Origin: Gammaproteobacteria bacterium
Lineage (GTDB): Bacteria; Pseudomonadota; Gammaproteobacteria; UWMA-0217
DNA: 64,000 bases
Assembly (NCBI GenBank): GCA_026981985.1
Contig: JALSHZ010000121.1
Location: 17,168 to 81,167, forward strand
Direction: 5' to 3'
Below are positions 29,797 to 39,891 of this stretch, piece after piece (the stretch's first letter is position 1; each line of letters begins with the position of its first letter). A program made the position numbers and the translations under genes. The notes below the pieces were generated by a model. It was not told the DNA's origin. It saw only the letters and a list, made by a program, of their open reading frames with translations, and ran no database searches.

Positions 29797-32700
29797 TTGG
29801 CAGAATGCTCAAATGGCTTGCCAGCCTGTTGCTGCTTCTGCTGCTATTGGTGGTGGGCGCAGTGGCGTATTTCACCGCCACGGAAGACGGCCTGCAGCGC
29901 CTGCTGGCGCTGGGCCAGCGCGTTGCACCCGGAACGCTGAGCTGGCAGCAGGCCGAAGGCCGAATCGCCGGGCCGCTGGATCTGGCGGGTTTCGACTACC
30001 AGCAGGAAAATGGTTTGCAGGTCAATATACGCTCGGTGGCACTGCGCTGGCAGCCACAGGCATTGCTGCAACGCAAACTGCATTTGCAGCGCTTGGCGCT
30101 TTCCGGGTTGACGCTGCATCTGCCCAAGCCGGCAGCGGATGATCTGGAGCAACCGGCAGGCCCAATCGAGTTGCCGGATATCGATCTGCCGATGGATATC
30201 AGCATCGATGAACTGGATCTCGACGATATTCGCATTTATCCCTGGGGCAAGGCGCAGCCGATCGTGATCGACCGCATCAAGCTGGCAGCGGTCGGTGGCG
30301 GCAGCCGTTTGCAAGTGGTCCAGCTCGACCTGCATGCACCAGAGGGGGCGGCCAGCCTCAGCGGTACGGTCGAGCCGCAAGGGGATTATCCGCTCGACCT
30401 CAAGCTCGATTGGCATTTCAATCATCCGCAGTTTGGGGCGTTTGCCGGCAGCGGTGCAGCCACGGGGGATCTGGCGATGCTGCATCTCACGCAGCATGTG
30501 AGTGGGCCCGTTGGCATCGACCTGGTCGCCGATCTGAGCGATGTTCTCAGCAAGCCTGCCTGGGATGCGCGCTTGCAACTGATGGCAGATGATCTGGCAG
30601 CATTTTCACCGGCTCTGAACGGGGCGCCGCTGCAAGCCGAGTTTCGATCTGCCGGCAGTCTGGACAGCTTTTCCGCCGAGGGTGACCTCAAGACAGCGCT
30701 GCCGCAAACTGGGCCGGTGGCGGTGGACTTCTCCGCGCGTGGCAATACCCAGGCCATTGAGCTGGAGCGTCTCAGGCTGCAACCCGAAAACCAGGCCAGT
30801 GAGTTGCTGCTGGCAGGCAAGGTCGAACTCGCACCGCTGCAGTTCGATTTACGGGGAGACTGGCAGCAGCTCGGCTGGCCGTTGCAGGGTGAGCCCATAT
30901 TCTCCAGCCCGAGCGGGAATGTCTCTGTGATCGGGTCGCTCGAAGACTATCGCTTGTCACTCGCCGCCGAGGCGGCCGGGCGGGATATTCCGTCGGGCCG
31001 CTGGACCTTGACCGGCCATGGCTCCGATTCGGCCTTGTCCGACTTCAAGCTCGTGGGCAGTTTGCTTGATGGTGAGATGACGGCGAGCGGGCAGGCCAGC
31101 TGGAAGCCACAGCTGTCATGGCATGTGAGCATTGATGCAAAAGGGATCAACCCCGCAGTGCAGTGGCCGGAATTGCCGGGAAAACTGGATCTGGCCCTGA
31201 CTTCGCAAGGCAAGCTAACGTCGGCTGGCCCCGATCTGACAGCACATCTGGCGCATCTGACCGGGCGTTTTCGTGACCAGCCTGTGCGTGGGCAGGGCGA
31301 GATCGTAGTGGCTGATGGCGAGCTGGATATTCGCCGTCTCGATATCAGCAGTGGAAAAACAGCGCTCACTGCCAATGGCCATCTCGGCAAGCAATGGGAT
31401 CTCGACTGGCGGTTGCTCGCGCCGGATCTAGCCAGCCTTGTGCCATCACTGCGTGGGCGGATCAGTGGCAGCGGCAAGCTCAGCGGCGATGCCAGCAATC
31501 CGGTGGCTGTGATCGATCTCGACGTGCGTGACCTGGTGGCCGGCGATACGCGGATCGGGCGCTTGAATGGCAAGGCGTTGGTGGATATTGGCGGCCAGCG
31601 GCGCTCGCAGATCGACTTTTCCGGAACGAAGCTGAAGCTCGCCGGGGAGGCGTGGTCGAGCCTGAAAATTTCCGGCGGCGGCAAACCCGCGCAGCATAAG
31701 CTCGCGGTGAAGCTGGAAGGTGATCTGGCAAGACTGCGACTTGCGCTGGAGGGTGGGCTCAAAAAAGCGCGGTGGCAAGGGAAGCTGACGCAGCTGGAAG
31801 CGACAAAAACCGAGCTTGGTGACTGGAAGATGGTGCGGGCAGCGCCGCTGACCGCCAGCGCCGAAGCCGCGCAGCTCAGCGGGCTTTGTCTGGCCAGTGC
31901 GCCGACCAGGGTCTGCGTCGATGCCGACTGGAACAAGCAGAAGGGTGTAACTGGCAAGCTGCAACTCACGGAACTTGATGCGCAGCGATTCCGCCGCTTC
32001 CTGCCGCCCGACATCACGCTGCAAACGGCCGTGGATGGCGGTGTCGATTTCGCCCTGGCTGCTGATGGCAAGCCGCGGGTGAAGGCTGATCTGCGTTTGC
32101 GTCCGGGTAAACTCTCCGCGCCGGGCGATGTCGAGCCGCTCGAAGTCCGGCTGGGCGAAAGCCAGATCAAGGCGACCCTTGACGGTGATCGCGCCAATAC
32201 CGAGTTGTCGGTTGACCTCGATGCGCTCGGGCGAATCGAAGCCCGCGTCGCTGTACGCGGTATCGGTGCCAGCCAGCCGCAGTTGACAGGGAAGGTCGAG
32301 GGACGGATTCGTGACCTCGCGATCATCAGTGCTTTCGTGCCGCAGTTACAGGCGGTCGAGGGCCGGCTGGATGCCGATTTGACGCTCAGTGGCCCCGTCA
32401 GTCTGCCAGTGGTGAGCGGTAAGCTGCTGGTCGATGATTTTTCCGCCGAGGTGCCCGAGGTATCGCTGAACATCACGGCGGGGCGCTTTGAACTGGCCAG
32501 TGATGGTAAAGGTCCGCTGCGAATCGCCGGTGGTGCCCGCTCGGGAGAGGGTACGCTGAAGCTGTCGGGCACGCTTGATCCGGCCACCAGGGCATTGCAG
32601 CTGAAGATCAATGGCGATCGTTTCCAGGTGGCGGCAACGCGGAATATTCGCGCCGTGATCAGCCCCGACATGCAGATCGCCATGGACAGCAAGGGCATGC

Positions 32701-33419
32701 GGGTTGAAGGTGAGCTGCTGATTCCCAGTGCCTATATCAAGGCCGGTGGCGGCAGTGGAGGCGAGGGCAAGCTGGTGAAAGTATCCAGTGATGTGGTGAT
32801 CGTGGATGAGAATGGCGAGGCGGCGAAAAAAGCGCCAGCCGGGAATTTTCATCTCAACCTGCGCGTCGTGCTGGGGGATGATATTCGTGTCGAAGCAGCC
32901 GATTTCAGCGGCAAGCTGAAAGGCAATCTGCTGGTGACGCAAAAACCAGGGCTGGTGCCAAGAGCTACCGGCGCCATCGAGGTGGTGAACGGCGACTATA
33001 TCGTTTACGGCCAGCAGTTGAAGATCCAGCGCGGGCGCATTCTGTTTGGCGGTGGCCCGGTTGACAATCCCCGGCTCGATATGGATGTCGCCCGGCGTGT
33101 CGAAGCTTATGATGTACTCGCTGGCGCGAGAATTCGCGGCACGGCGCAGGCACCGATTCTGCAACTTTACTCCGAGCCGTCGATGCCGGATTCGAGCATT
33201 CTTTCCTATATGTTGCTGGGGCAGCCGCCAGGAACCAAAGGCGGCAGTTACACCTTGGGAAAATACCTGACGCCTGATCTCTATGTGGGCTATGGCATCG
33301 GTCTTTTCAATGCCATCAACACCTTCAACATGCGCTATCGCCTGACTGACAAGCTAGCGCTGCAAGCCGCCTCCGGTGCGGCCAGCAGCGCGGATCTCAT
33401 CTACACTTTCGAGCGTTGA
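29793..33419 (+). CDS. tamB: Translocation and assembly module protein TamB
   Basis: 1208 aa with an N-terminal anchor and a C-terminal DUF490 domain. Its start overlaps the tamA stop by 4 bp. Confidence 0.9.
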   Translation: MIGRMLKWLASLLLLLLLLVVGAVAYFTATEDGLQRLLALGQRVAPGTLSWQQAEGRIAGPLDLAGFDYQQENGLQVNIRSVALRWQPQALLQRKLHLQRLALSGLTLHLPKPAADDLEQPAGPIELPDIDLPMDISIDELDLDDIRIYPWGKAQPIVIDRIKLAAVGGGSRLQVVQLDLHAPEGAASLSGTVEPQGDYPLDLKLDWHFNHPQFGAFAGSGAATGDLAMLHLTQHVSGPVGIDLVADLSDVLSKPAWDARLQLMADDLAAFSPALNGAPLQAEFRSAGSLDSFSAEGDLKTALPQTGPVAVDFSARGNTQAIELERLRLQPENQASELLLAGKVELAPLQFDLRGDWQQLGWPLQGEPIFSSPSGNVSVIGSLEDYRLSLAAEAAGRDIPSGRWTLTGHGSDSALSDFKLVGSLLDGEMTASGQASWKPQLSWHVSIDAKGINPAVQWPELPGKLDLALTSQGKLTSAGPDLTAHLAHLTGRFRDQPVRGQGEIVVADGELDIRRLDISSGKTALTANGHLGKQWDLDWRLLAPDLASLVPSLRGRISGSGKLSGDASNPVAVIDLDVRDLVAGDTRIGRLNGKALVDIGGQRRSQIDFSGTKLKLAGEAWSSLKISGGGKPAQHKLAVKLEGDLARLRLALEGGLKKARWQGKLTQLEATKTELGDWKMVRAAPLTASAEAAQLSGLCLASAPTRVCVDADWNKQKGVTGKLQLTELDAQRFRRFLPPDITLQTAVDGGVDFALAADGKPRVKADLRLRPGKLSAPGDVEPLEVRLGESQIKATLDGDRANTELSVDLDALGRIEARVAVRGIGASQPQLTGKVEGRIRDLAIISAFVPQLQAVEGRLDADLTLSGPVSLPVVSGKLLVDDFSAEVPEVSLNITAGRFELASDGKGPLRIAGGARSGEGTLKLSGTLDPATRALQLKINGDRFQVAATRNIRAVISPDMQIAMDSKGMRVEGELLIPSAYIKAGGGSGGEGKLVKVSSDVVIVDENGEAAKKAPAGNFHLNLRVVLGDDIRVEAADFSGKLKGNLLVTQKPGLVPRATGAIEVVNGDYIVYGQQLKIQRGRILFGGGPVDNPRLDMDVARRVEAYDVLAGARIRGTAQAPILQLYSEPSMPDSSILSYMLLGQPPGTKGGSYTLGKYLTPDLYVGYGIGLFNAINTFNMRYRLTDKLALQAASGAASSADLIYTFER

Positions 33420-33425
33420 GCGCTA

Positions 33426-33893
33426 TCAGCGACCTTGCTCCCGTGCTTCCTTGATGGCCAGTGCCTGCAGCTGAGTTTGCTGCTTCATCAGGTCGCGCAA
33501 CTCGGACAGCAGCACTTCCTGCGCGGGTGGTTCGGCCGGTGCTTCTTCCTGCGCCTTGCGCATGCGGTTGATGCCGCGCACCACCAGAAAAATCGCAAAG
33601 GCGATAATGACAAAGCTGATGATGGTGTTGATGAAGTTACCCCAGTTGATCGTGATCGCCCCTGCTTTCTGAGCGGCTTCCAGGGTCGCATATGGACCCG
33701 CCGTGCTGCCTTCACGCAATACGGTAAAGACATTGCCGAAATCGATGCCGCCCATCAGCAGGCCAATCGGCGGCATGATGATGTCGGCCACAAGGCTACT
33801 GACGATGGTGCCAAATGCAGCACCGATGACAATACCGACCGCCATATCGACGACGTTGCCGCCCATGGCGAATTCCTTGAACTCTTTGAACAT
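33426..33893 (-). CDS. mscL: Large-conductance mechanosensitive channel
   Basis: [40 protein letters not shown]. Confidence 0.95.
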   Translation of the reverse strand: MFKEFKEFAMGGNVVDMAVGIVIGAAFGTIVSSLVADIIMPPIGLLMGGIDFGNVFTVLREGSTAGPYATLEAAQKAGAITINWGNFINTIISFVIIAFAIFLVVRGINRMRKAQEEAPAEPPAQEVLLSELRDLMKQQTQLQALAIKEAREQGR

Positions 33894-34123
33894 GGTCTGA
33901 ATTCTCTCCTGATTTGGTGTTGTTGGTGGTCAATGAGTGCGAGGTGCAGCATTGCCGGTGTTTTCGGTCCGGCGTCGGGCACTGTTGCAGCGGTCTGCAC
34001 CAATAACGCTTGCTCACCTACAGCTTAGTTGATGCAGCTGCCCAAGTGATGATGTGAAAAGTGAAAGATGTTTTCCAGATTGGCCGGGCCAGGTGGAAGC
34101 CCAAAACGGTTACGAGGCTGCGC

Positions 34124-35293
34124 TCAGCCGTTGGATGAATCGTCGGCGACCAGGTTTTTTTCAAGCTGCCGCAGGTTTTCCAGGCGATAGATTTCCGGTA
34201 CCCAGTAAGGCGTGATGCCGGACTGTTCCCGACTGCGGAAATAATGGGTCAGAAAGTGTCTGGCATGACTGGAATAGCTGCTGTCAGCATCCTTGTCTGC
34301 CGGCCTGCCTTGAGGTTTTCGTTGTGCCGGCTGCTGTTTGGTCTGGAGTTTGTAGTAGTGCCGTAGCAGGAACAGATAGAGCGATTCGGCGCGTTGTTGC
34401 AGGCGTTCCATCGTATCGCGTTCGCTGCGCAACAGTCGATGATCGACGATCACGTCGAGCCATAACTCCAGATCTTCTTCGCCGAGAGGGATCGGTAGCA
34501 CACGCTGTTGACGTTGAAGTGCGTCGAGTTCATCGCGCAAGCGTTCGAGCAGGTGGCGGAAGCCGGTATTGGCGGGAAACTGGCGAGCCTTGCGCTGGAC
34601 ATCTTGCAGGCGTTGCGCCAGCAGCTGTCGCCGCGTTGTCTGTTGTTTCAGTGCCTTGTCATGGATAAGGATGCGCTCGTGGAAATCGCGCATCACCTGC
34701 ACGGTGACTACCAGCTTCTGGGAGTGATACTGATCCAGGATGTTGCGATGCAGTGCACAGCGCCGCCGCAGTTTGCGATCGATCTTTTTCAGAAATGAGA
34801 GCAGGCCAGCGTCATGCTGGCGTACGCTTTTGCGCAGGGCTTTTCGTGCTGCCAACAGTTTGCGGTAATAATCACTGACGTCGTTGGCGAGGCTGGCCAA
34901 GCCTTCCAGCTCATCCAGCGCTTCCTGTGGCGACAGTGTTGTTGTCTTGCTGCCACTATCGTGCCGTAGCCGCTGCTGGATATCGCGGAGCTTTTCCAGG
35001 AGTGCGCGAATGGCTGCCGTCGTGCGTGGTAATGCAGCCATGTCGTAGGCGCCAACAGCTTCCTCGCCAAGGCGGTCGCGCAGTGTGTTGAGGTCGTGCA
35101 TGACGCTCGACTGGCGCTGGAAAATCAGCGTTTCAATGGTGGCAGCGACATCGGGTGGCGCATTCTCGATCAGATCCAGCGGAATGTGGTCGGGCAGGCT
35201 TTCAGGGGGCACTCTGGCGAGTTCCCGGGAGGGAATGGTGGTGATCAGTCTGCGAAATTCCGCGAGCGGAATCTGCCGTGTTCTGGAGCCCAT
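34124..35293 (-). CDS. Hypothetical 389 aa Arg/Gln/Leu-rich all-alpha (coiled-coil) protein
   Basis: A long ORF with coding-like codon usage. No recognisable family. Confidence 0.55.
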   Translation of the reverse strand: MGSRTRQIPLAEFRRLITTIPSRELARVPPESLPDHIPLDLIENAPPDVAATIETLIFQRQSSVMHDLNTLRDRLGEEAVGAYDMAALPRTTAAIRALLEKLRDIQQRLRHDSGSKTTTLSPQEALDELEGLASLANDVSDYYRKLLAARKALRKSVRQHDAGLLSFLKKIDRKLRRRCALHRNILDQYHSQKLVVTVQVMRDFHERILIHDKALKQQTTRRQLLAQRLQDVQRKARQFPANTGFRHLLERLRDELDALQRQQRVLPIPLGEEDLELWLDVIVDHRLLRSERDTMERLQQRAESLYLFLLRHYYKLQTKQQPAQRKPQGRPADKDADSSYSSHARHFLTHYFRSREQSGITPYWVPEIYRLENLRQLEKNLVADDSSNG

Positions 35294-35448
35294 TGTTTCA
35301 ATCCATTGTCTTTGTTCCTGATGTCGCTCTGGCGTCCATCAGGATCGTTCCGACAGGTAATCGTTGTTGTGCCTGTCGCCTCCCCCACTCTTGTCCGTAG
35401 AGTGAATATGCTGTCAGACCGCTTCAAGCCGTCCCGCATGTGTTTTTG

Positions 35449-36516
35449 TTATTCAGCTTCCAGTGTGTTCGCGAAATCCAGCATGCGTTGTGTCGAGCGC
35501 AGTGCCTTGAGCCGGATTTCCTCATCGACATGAATTTCGTTATTGCCCTTTTTCAGTGTCGAAAGCAGGTTATCGAGGCTGTTCATGGCCATCCAGGGGC
35601 AGTGTGCACAGCTGCGACAGGTCGCGCCCACACCGCCGGTTGGTGCCTCGATCAGAATCTTGTCAGGAGCCGCTTTCTGCATCTTATAGAAGATGCCATT
35701 GTCGGTGGCAACGATCAGATGCTTGTTCGGTAGGGTTTGTGCCGCTTTAATCAGCTGAGTTGTGGAGCCGATCACAGTTGCGAGCTGCAACATCGCCTCA
35801 GGCGACTCGGGATGAACCAGTACGGCGGCGTCAGGGTATTGCTGCAGCAGATTGCCGACGGCGCGTGACTTGAATTCATCGTGAACGACGCAGGAGCCAT
35901 TCCACAGCAGCATGTCGGCGTCGGTTACCTTCTGGATATAGCTGCCCAGGTGCTTGTCTGGTGCCCACAGGATCTTGTGGCCTTCACCGGCGAGATGGTC
36001 GATCAGTTTGACCGCGATGCTCGATGTCACCACATAGTCAGCGCGTGCTTTGACTTCCGCGCTGGTGTTGGCATAGACGACGATCGTGCGATCCGGGTGT
36101 TCATCGCAGAATGCCGAAAATTCATCGGCAGGACAGCCCAGATCGAGAGAGCATTCGGCTTTGAGTTCCGGCATCAACACCCGCTTTTCCGGATTGAGGA
36201 TTTTTGCGGTTTCCCCCATGAAGCGGACGCCGGCGACCACCAGCGTCGTGGCTGGATGCTCATTGCCGAAGCGGGCCATGTCCAGCGAATCGGAAATATA
36301 GCCTCCGGTTTCCTCGGCGACTTGCTGAATATCGGCGCTGGTGTAGTAGTGGGCTACCAGCACCGCGTCCTGGCGTTCGAGTTCCGCCTTGATCTCGGCG
36401 ATGATGGCGCGTTTTTCGGCGGCGCTGTGTTCCGGTGTGCTGGCGGCAATCGATGCCGTGGTGGGAACTTCTTGCAGCGGAATGGTAAAAGGAGCGATCT
36501 TGAGTTCTGCGGACAT
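35449..36516 (-). CDS. nadA: Quinolinate synthase
   Basis: Full-length NadA homology with the three conserved Cys ligands. Confidence 0.95.
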   Translation of the reverse strand: MSAELKIAPFTIPLQEVPTTASIAASTPEHSAAEKRAIIAEIKAELERQDAVLVAHYYTSADIQQVAEETGGYISDSLDMARFGNEHPATTLVVAGVRFMGETAKILNPEKRVLMPELKAECSLDLGCPADEFSAFCDEHPDRTIVVYANTSAEVKARADYVVTSSIAVKLIDHLAGEGHKILWAPDKHLGSYIQKVTDADMLLWNGSCVVHDEFKSRAVGNLLQQYPDAAVLVHPESPEAMLQLATVIGSTTQLIKAAQTLPNKHLIVATDNGIFYKMQKAAPDKILIEAPTGGVGATCRSCAHCPWMAMNSLDNLLSTLKKGNNEIHVDEEIRLKALRSTQRMLDFANTLEAE

Positions 36517-36710
36517 GGAAGCTGAAATGCTTTGGTATCAATCAGCACTATGACGGCGCTGGCGGTCAAATTCAAGCAGGAAGTCGGGCGGCTGTTCCAT
36601 GCGCCCTTCGCTCTCACCGCTACTATGGCAAACCCTATCAGGTTGTCCTCCAGACAAGACCTCGGCAGAGATTCGGGCTAGACTCAGCATATTTTTCAAG
36701 GGGATACCCA

Positions 36711-37231
36711 TGCTACTTCGACGTCCTGGTTCGACACGCCGTCGCTGGCTCGTGTTTCTGATTCAGGCGCTGGTTTTGTTGATGCTGTATCTGGGTTTGA
36801 AGCTGTGGATGCAGCGTGACATGGTGTCAGGGCAAGTCCCGGATCTGACGACGCATCTGGTCAGTGGTGAGCGCTTTTCACCGCATGACTATGCCGGTCG
36901 GGTCTGGTTATTGCATTTCTGGGCCGAATGGTGCGCGATCTGCGCTGCCGAGCAGGGGGCGATCTCATCGGTCGCTGCCAAGTGGCCGGTGGTGACCGTT
37001 GCGATGCAGTCCGGGGATCGGTTGGCTGTTGAAGATTATCTGCGTGACAACGGTCTTGATTGGCAGACGATTGTCGATCAGACCGGTGCCATATCGAAAC
37101 GGTTCGGTGTTTCCGCCGTGCCGGCTTCTTTTGTCATCGACAGCTCGGGGAAGATTCGTTTCCGCGAAATGGGGTATACCACCAGTTGGGGGTTGAGATT
37201 CAGGCTGTGGTTAGCCAGCCTGCTGGAATGA
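36711..37231 (+). CDS. TlpA-family thiol-disulfide oxidoreductase
   Basis: An N-terminal anchor, then WCAIC in a redoxin fold. A longer ORF starts at 36599. Confidence 0.8.
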
Positions 37232-37243
37232 GAGATATTCAAA

Positions 37244-39082
37244 ATGCAAAAAAAACACAAAGCCGTTGAATACCCGGTGCTGCCCAGCACGCTGAATCCT
37301 GAGCAGGTAGAAACCCTGCCTGGATTATTTCGTGCCCGCGTGGCCGCAACGCCAGACAAGATTGCCTATCGCCATTTCGATGTGGCGGGCAAGCGCTGGT
37401 TGGCAACGACCTGGGAGGAGATTGCTACCGAAGTCGGGCACTGGCAGGCAGCGTTGAAAAAGGAAGGTCTGGTTGCCGGTGACCGTGTCGCTGTGATGCT
37501 GAAGAATTGTCGGGAGTGGGTGGTGTTCGACCTTGCCGCGCTTGGCCTGGGGCTGGTGGTGGTGCCGCTGTATACCGATGACCGTCCCGAGAACGCTGCC
37601 TACATTATGGAAGATGCGGGTGTAAAACTGCTGCTGGTGGAAGGCAAGAAGCAGTGGAAGCGGTTGCAGCAGGTGTCGTCCCGCCTGAAAAATTTGCAGC
37701 GCATCGTCAGTGTCAACACTATCGAGAAAGACGACAGGCCGCAGGACGTGCACTTGCAGAGCATGTCCGAGTGGCTGTTTGGCGTGGAAGGCTCGGTGTT
37801 GGCCGAGGAGGGTGATCCGATGGGCCTGGCGACCATCGTCTACACCTCCGGCACCACCGGCAAACCGAAAGGGGTCATGCTCAGCCACGACAATATCCTT
37901 TTCAACGCCTGGGGCGCAGCGCAGTGTGGCAGTTTCTCGCCCGACGATCGCTTTCTTTCTTTCCTGCCGTTGTCGCACATGCTCGAACGCATGGCGGGCC
38001 TCTACTTTCCGATGATGATTGGTGCCGAGGTGGTCTACTCACGCGGCATCAACCAGCTGGGCGACGATCTGGTGACGCAAAAGCCAACCACGCTGGTTTC
38101 CGTGCCACGCATTTACGAGCGGGTCTATGCGCGCATCATGGGCAAGCTGCGCAAGGATTCGGCGTTCAAGCAGAAAATTTTCCACAAGGCGGTGGAGACA
38201 GGTTGGAAGCGTTTCGAATACCAGCAGGGTCGCGGTAAATGGGACAAATCCATTCTGCTTTGGCCGGTTTACAAACGGCTGGTGGCCGACAAGATCTTGC
38301 AGCGCCTGGGCGGGCGGTTGCGCTACGCGATCTGTGGTGGCGCAGCGCTGCCGCCGGATATTGCGCGGATGTTCATCGGGCTTGGATTGCCGATGGTGCA
38401 AGGCTATGGCATGACCGAAACCAGCCCGGTGATCTGCGTCAACCGCCCTGACGACAACATTCCAGAAAGCATTGGCCAGGTCTTGCCCGGTGTCGAGGTG
38501 CGCATCGGTGAAAACGACGAGCTACAGACCCGCAGCCGCTCAGTCATGCTGGGTTATTGGAACAACCAGCAGGCTACCGATGACACGATCGACTCAGATG
38601 GCTGGCTGCACACCGGTGATCAGGTTCGGGTCAATGAGACTGGCCACTATTTCATCACTGGCCGAATCAAGGAAATCATCGTGCTGGGTAATGGCGAAAA
38701 GGTACCGCCCGCCGATATGGAGATGGCAATCGCCATGGACCCGCTGATCGATCAGGTCATGGTCATTGGCGAGGCGCGCTCGTACCTGACAGCGCTGGCG
38801 GTGCTGGAACCGCAGGAGTGGCAGGCTCTGGCGAAGACCCTGCGGCTCGACCCGAATGACCCGGAAAGTCTGCAACAGAAGAAAACGGAGAGGGCGGTAT
38901 TGGCACGCATCAGCAAGCGGTTGGGTAGTTTCCCTGGGTATGCTCAGGTGCGCAAAGTGCATTTGACCCTGGAGCCATGGACCGTCGATGATGGCCTGTT
39001 GACCCCAACCCTGAAGATGAAGCGGCCGCAGATCGTCAAGCGTTTCGAGCAGGAGATCGAAGCGATGTATCGGCAGCGCTGA
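37244..39082 (+). CDS. Long-chain fatty-acid--CoA ligase (AMP-binding)
   Basis: The AMP-binding motif TSGTTGKPKGVMLSH and a long-chain acyl-CoA synthetase-like C-terminus. Confidence 0.9.
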   Translation: MQKKHKAVEYPVLPSTLNPEQVETLPGLFRARVAATPDKIAYRHFDVAGKRWLATTWEEIATEVGHWQAALKKEGLVAGDRVAVMLKNCREWVVFDLAALGLGLVVVPLYTDDRPENAAYIMEDAGVKLLLVEGKKQWKRLQQVSSRLKNLQRIVSVNTIEKDDRPQDVHLQSMSEWLFGVEGSVLAEEGDPMGLATIVYTSGTTGKPKGVMLSHDNILFNAWGAAQCGSFSPDDRFLSFLPLSHMLERMAGLYFPMMIGAEVVYSRGINQLGDDLVTQKPTTLVSVPRIYERVYARIMGKLRKDSAFKQKIFHKAVETGWKRFEYQQGRGKWDKSILLWPVYKRLVADKILQRLGGRLRYAICGGAALPPDIARMFIGLGLPMVQGYGMTETSPVICVNRPDDNIPESIGQVLPGVEVRIGENDELQTRSRSVMLGYWNNQQATDDTIDSDGWLHTGDQVRVNETGHYFITGRIKEIIVLGNGEKVPPADMEMAIAMDPLIDQVMVIGEARSYLTALAVLEPQEWQALAKTLRLDPNDPESLQQKKTERAVLARISKRLGSFPGYAQVRKVHLTLEPWTVDDGLLTPTLKMKRPQIVKRFEQEIEAMYRQR

Positions 39083-39156
39083 TACATCGCTTGAAGTCTG
39101 TTCAAGTTGCGGAGTCTAGCCGGATGGTTTTTGTGGCTGGCCGGCCGCAAACCTCC

Positions 39157-39311
39157 GCTGTAACTACTCAGCGTTCGCTCAAGTAGAACTGGCACTGCTC
39201 AGATTGCCGCTGGAATGCGTCAGATCAAGGCGGGAAATGTGAGTTTACACGTGTAAATGACCATTTCCCAACGCAGAGATGGCGCATTCCAGTGGTGAGC
39301 TGAGTAGTTGC
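39157..39311. repeat. MITE-like intergenic repeat, copy A. It has terminal inverted repeats (GCTGTAACTACTCAGC ... GCTGAGTAGTTGC) and an internal palindrome TTTACACGTGTAAA.
   Basis: About 85% identical to the reverse complement of 58573-58721. Confidence 0.8.
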
Positions 39312-39319
39312 GTGCCGCT

Positions 39320-39715
39320 TCAATCAACCCGCTTCAGCAGAATCTGATTCGGCGCATCGTCGCTCGCAAAGCGCGTCGGGCGTGATTTCAGGTCGGAGCC
39401 GGCACGTAGCCGCAGTTTGTGCAGCGAGACCATTTGGGCAATCATCGGCACTTCCTGGATATTGCCGGAGGGCGTGTGCATTTTAAGGGTGAGGTGAGCC
39501 GGGTCACGGCTGCTGTCCAGCGTCCAGGTTCCTACCAGTGTCCGCTCGTCCTGACTCAGTGCGAGATCTTCATTGCTGAATTGCAGCGTGATCTGATGTC
39601 CAGCCGCATCCGTCCCCTGCCATCTTCCCTGGATATCGGTATCGATCGATGTGGAGCAGCCTGCGAGCAGTGTGGTGGCGAGAATCACACCAAATCCAAA
39701 TATCCCCTTGTTCAT
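39320..39715 (-). CDS. Hypothetical lipoprotein
   Basis: The lipobox LLAGC following MNKGIFGFGVILATT. Confidence 0.7.
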   Translation of the reverse strand: MNKGIFGFGVILATTLLAGCSTSIDTDIQGRWQGTDAAGHQITLQFSNEDLALSQDERTLVGTWTLDSSRDPAHLTLKMHTPSGNIQEVPMIAQMVSLHKLRLRAGSDLKSRPTRFASDDAPNQILLKRVD

Positions 39716-39891
39716 GGTTGGTCCCTGTCTGTTCCCGGTAGCCGTAATCCGGAAAGACTATCAGGATTACGCCGTGTGGAGTGTGATCTGACTTATAGTT
39801 AACCGCCGATTGTAACGCCGGATCGCGGCGTTACTACGAGATTTATCAAGAATGCACCAGTCCCCGCCGCCCTGTTGACCAATTATATTCC

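Noticed and set aside
30947-32698. A 583 aa ORF on the minus strand, entirely inside tamB
   Set aside because: It is antisense to a strongly supported 1208 aa gene. The protein is Ser/Arg/Pro/Ala-rich and low-complexity, as is typical of spurious frames in high-GC DNA, and it has no ribosome-binding site.
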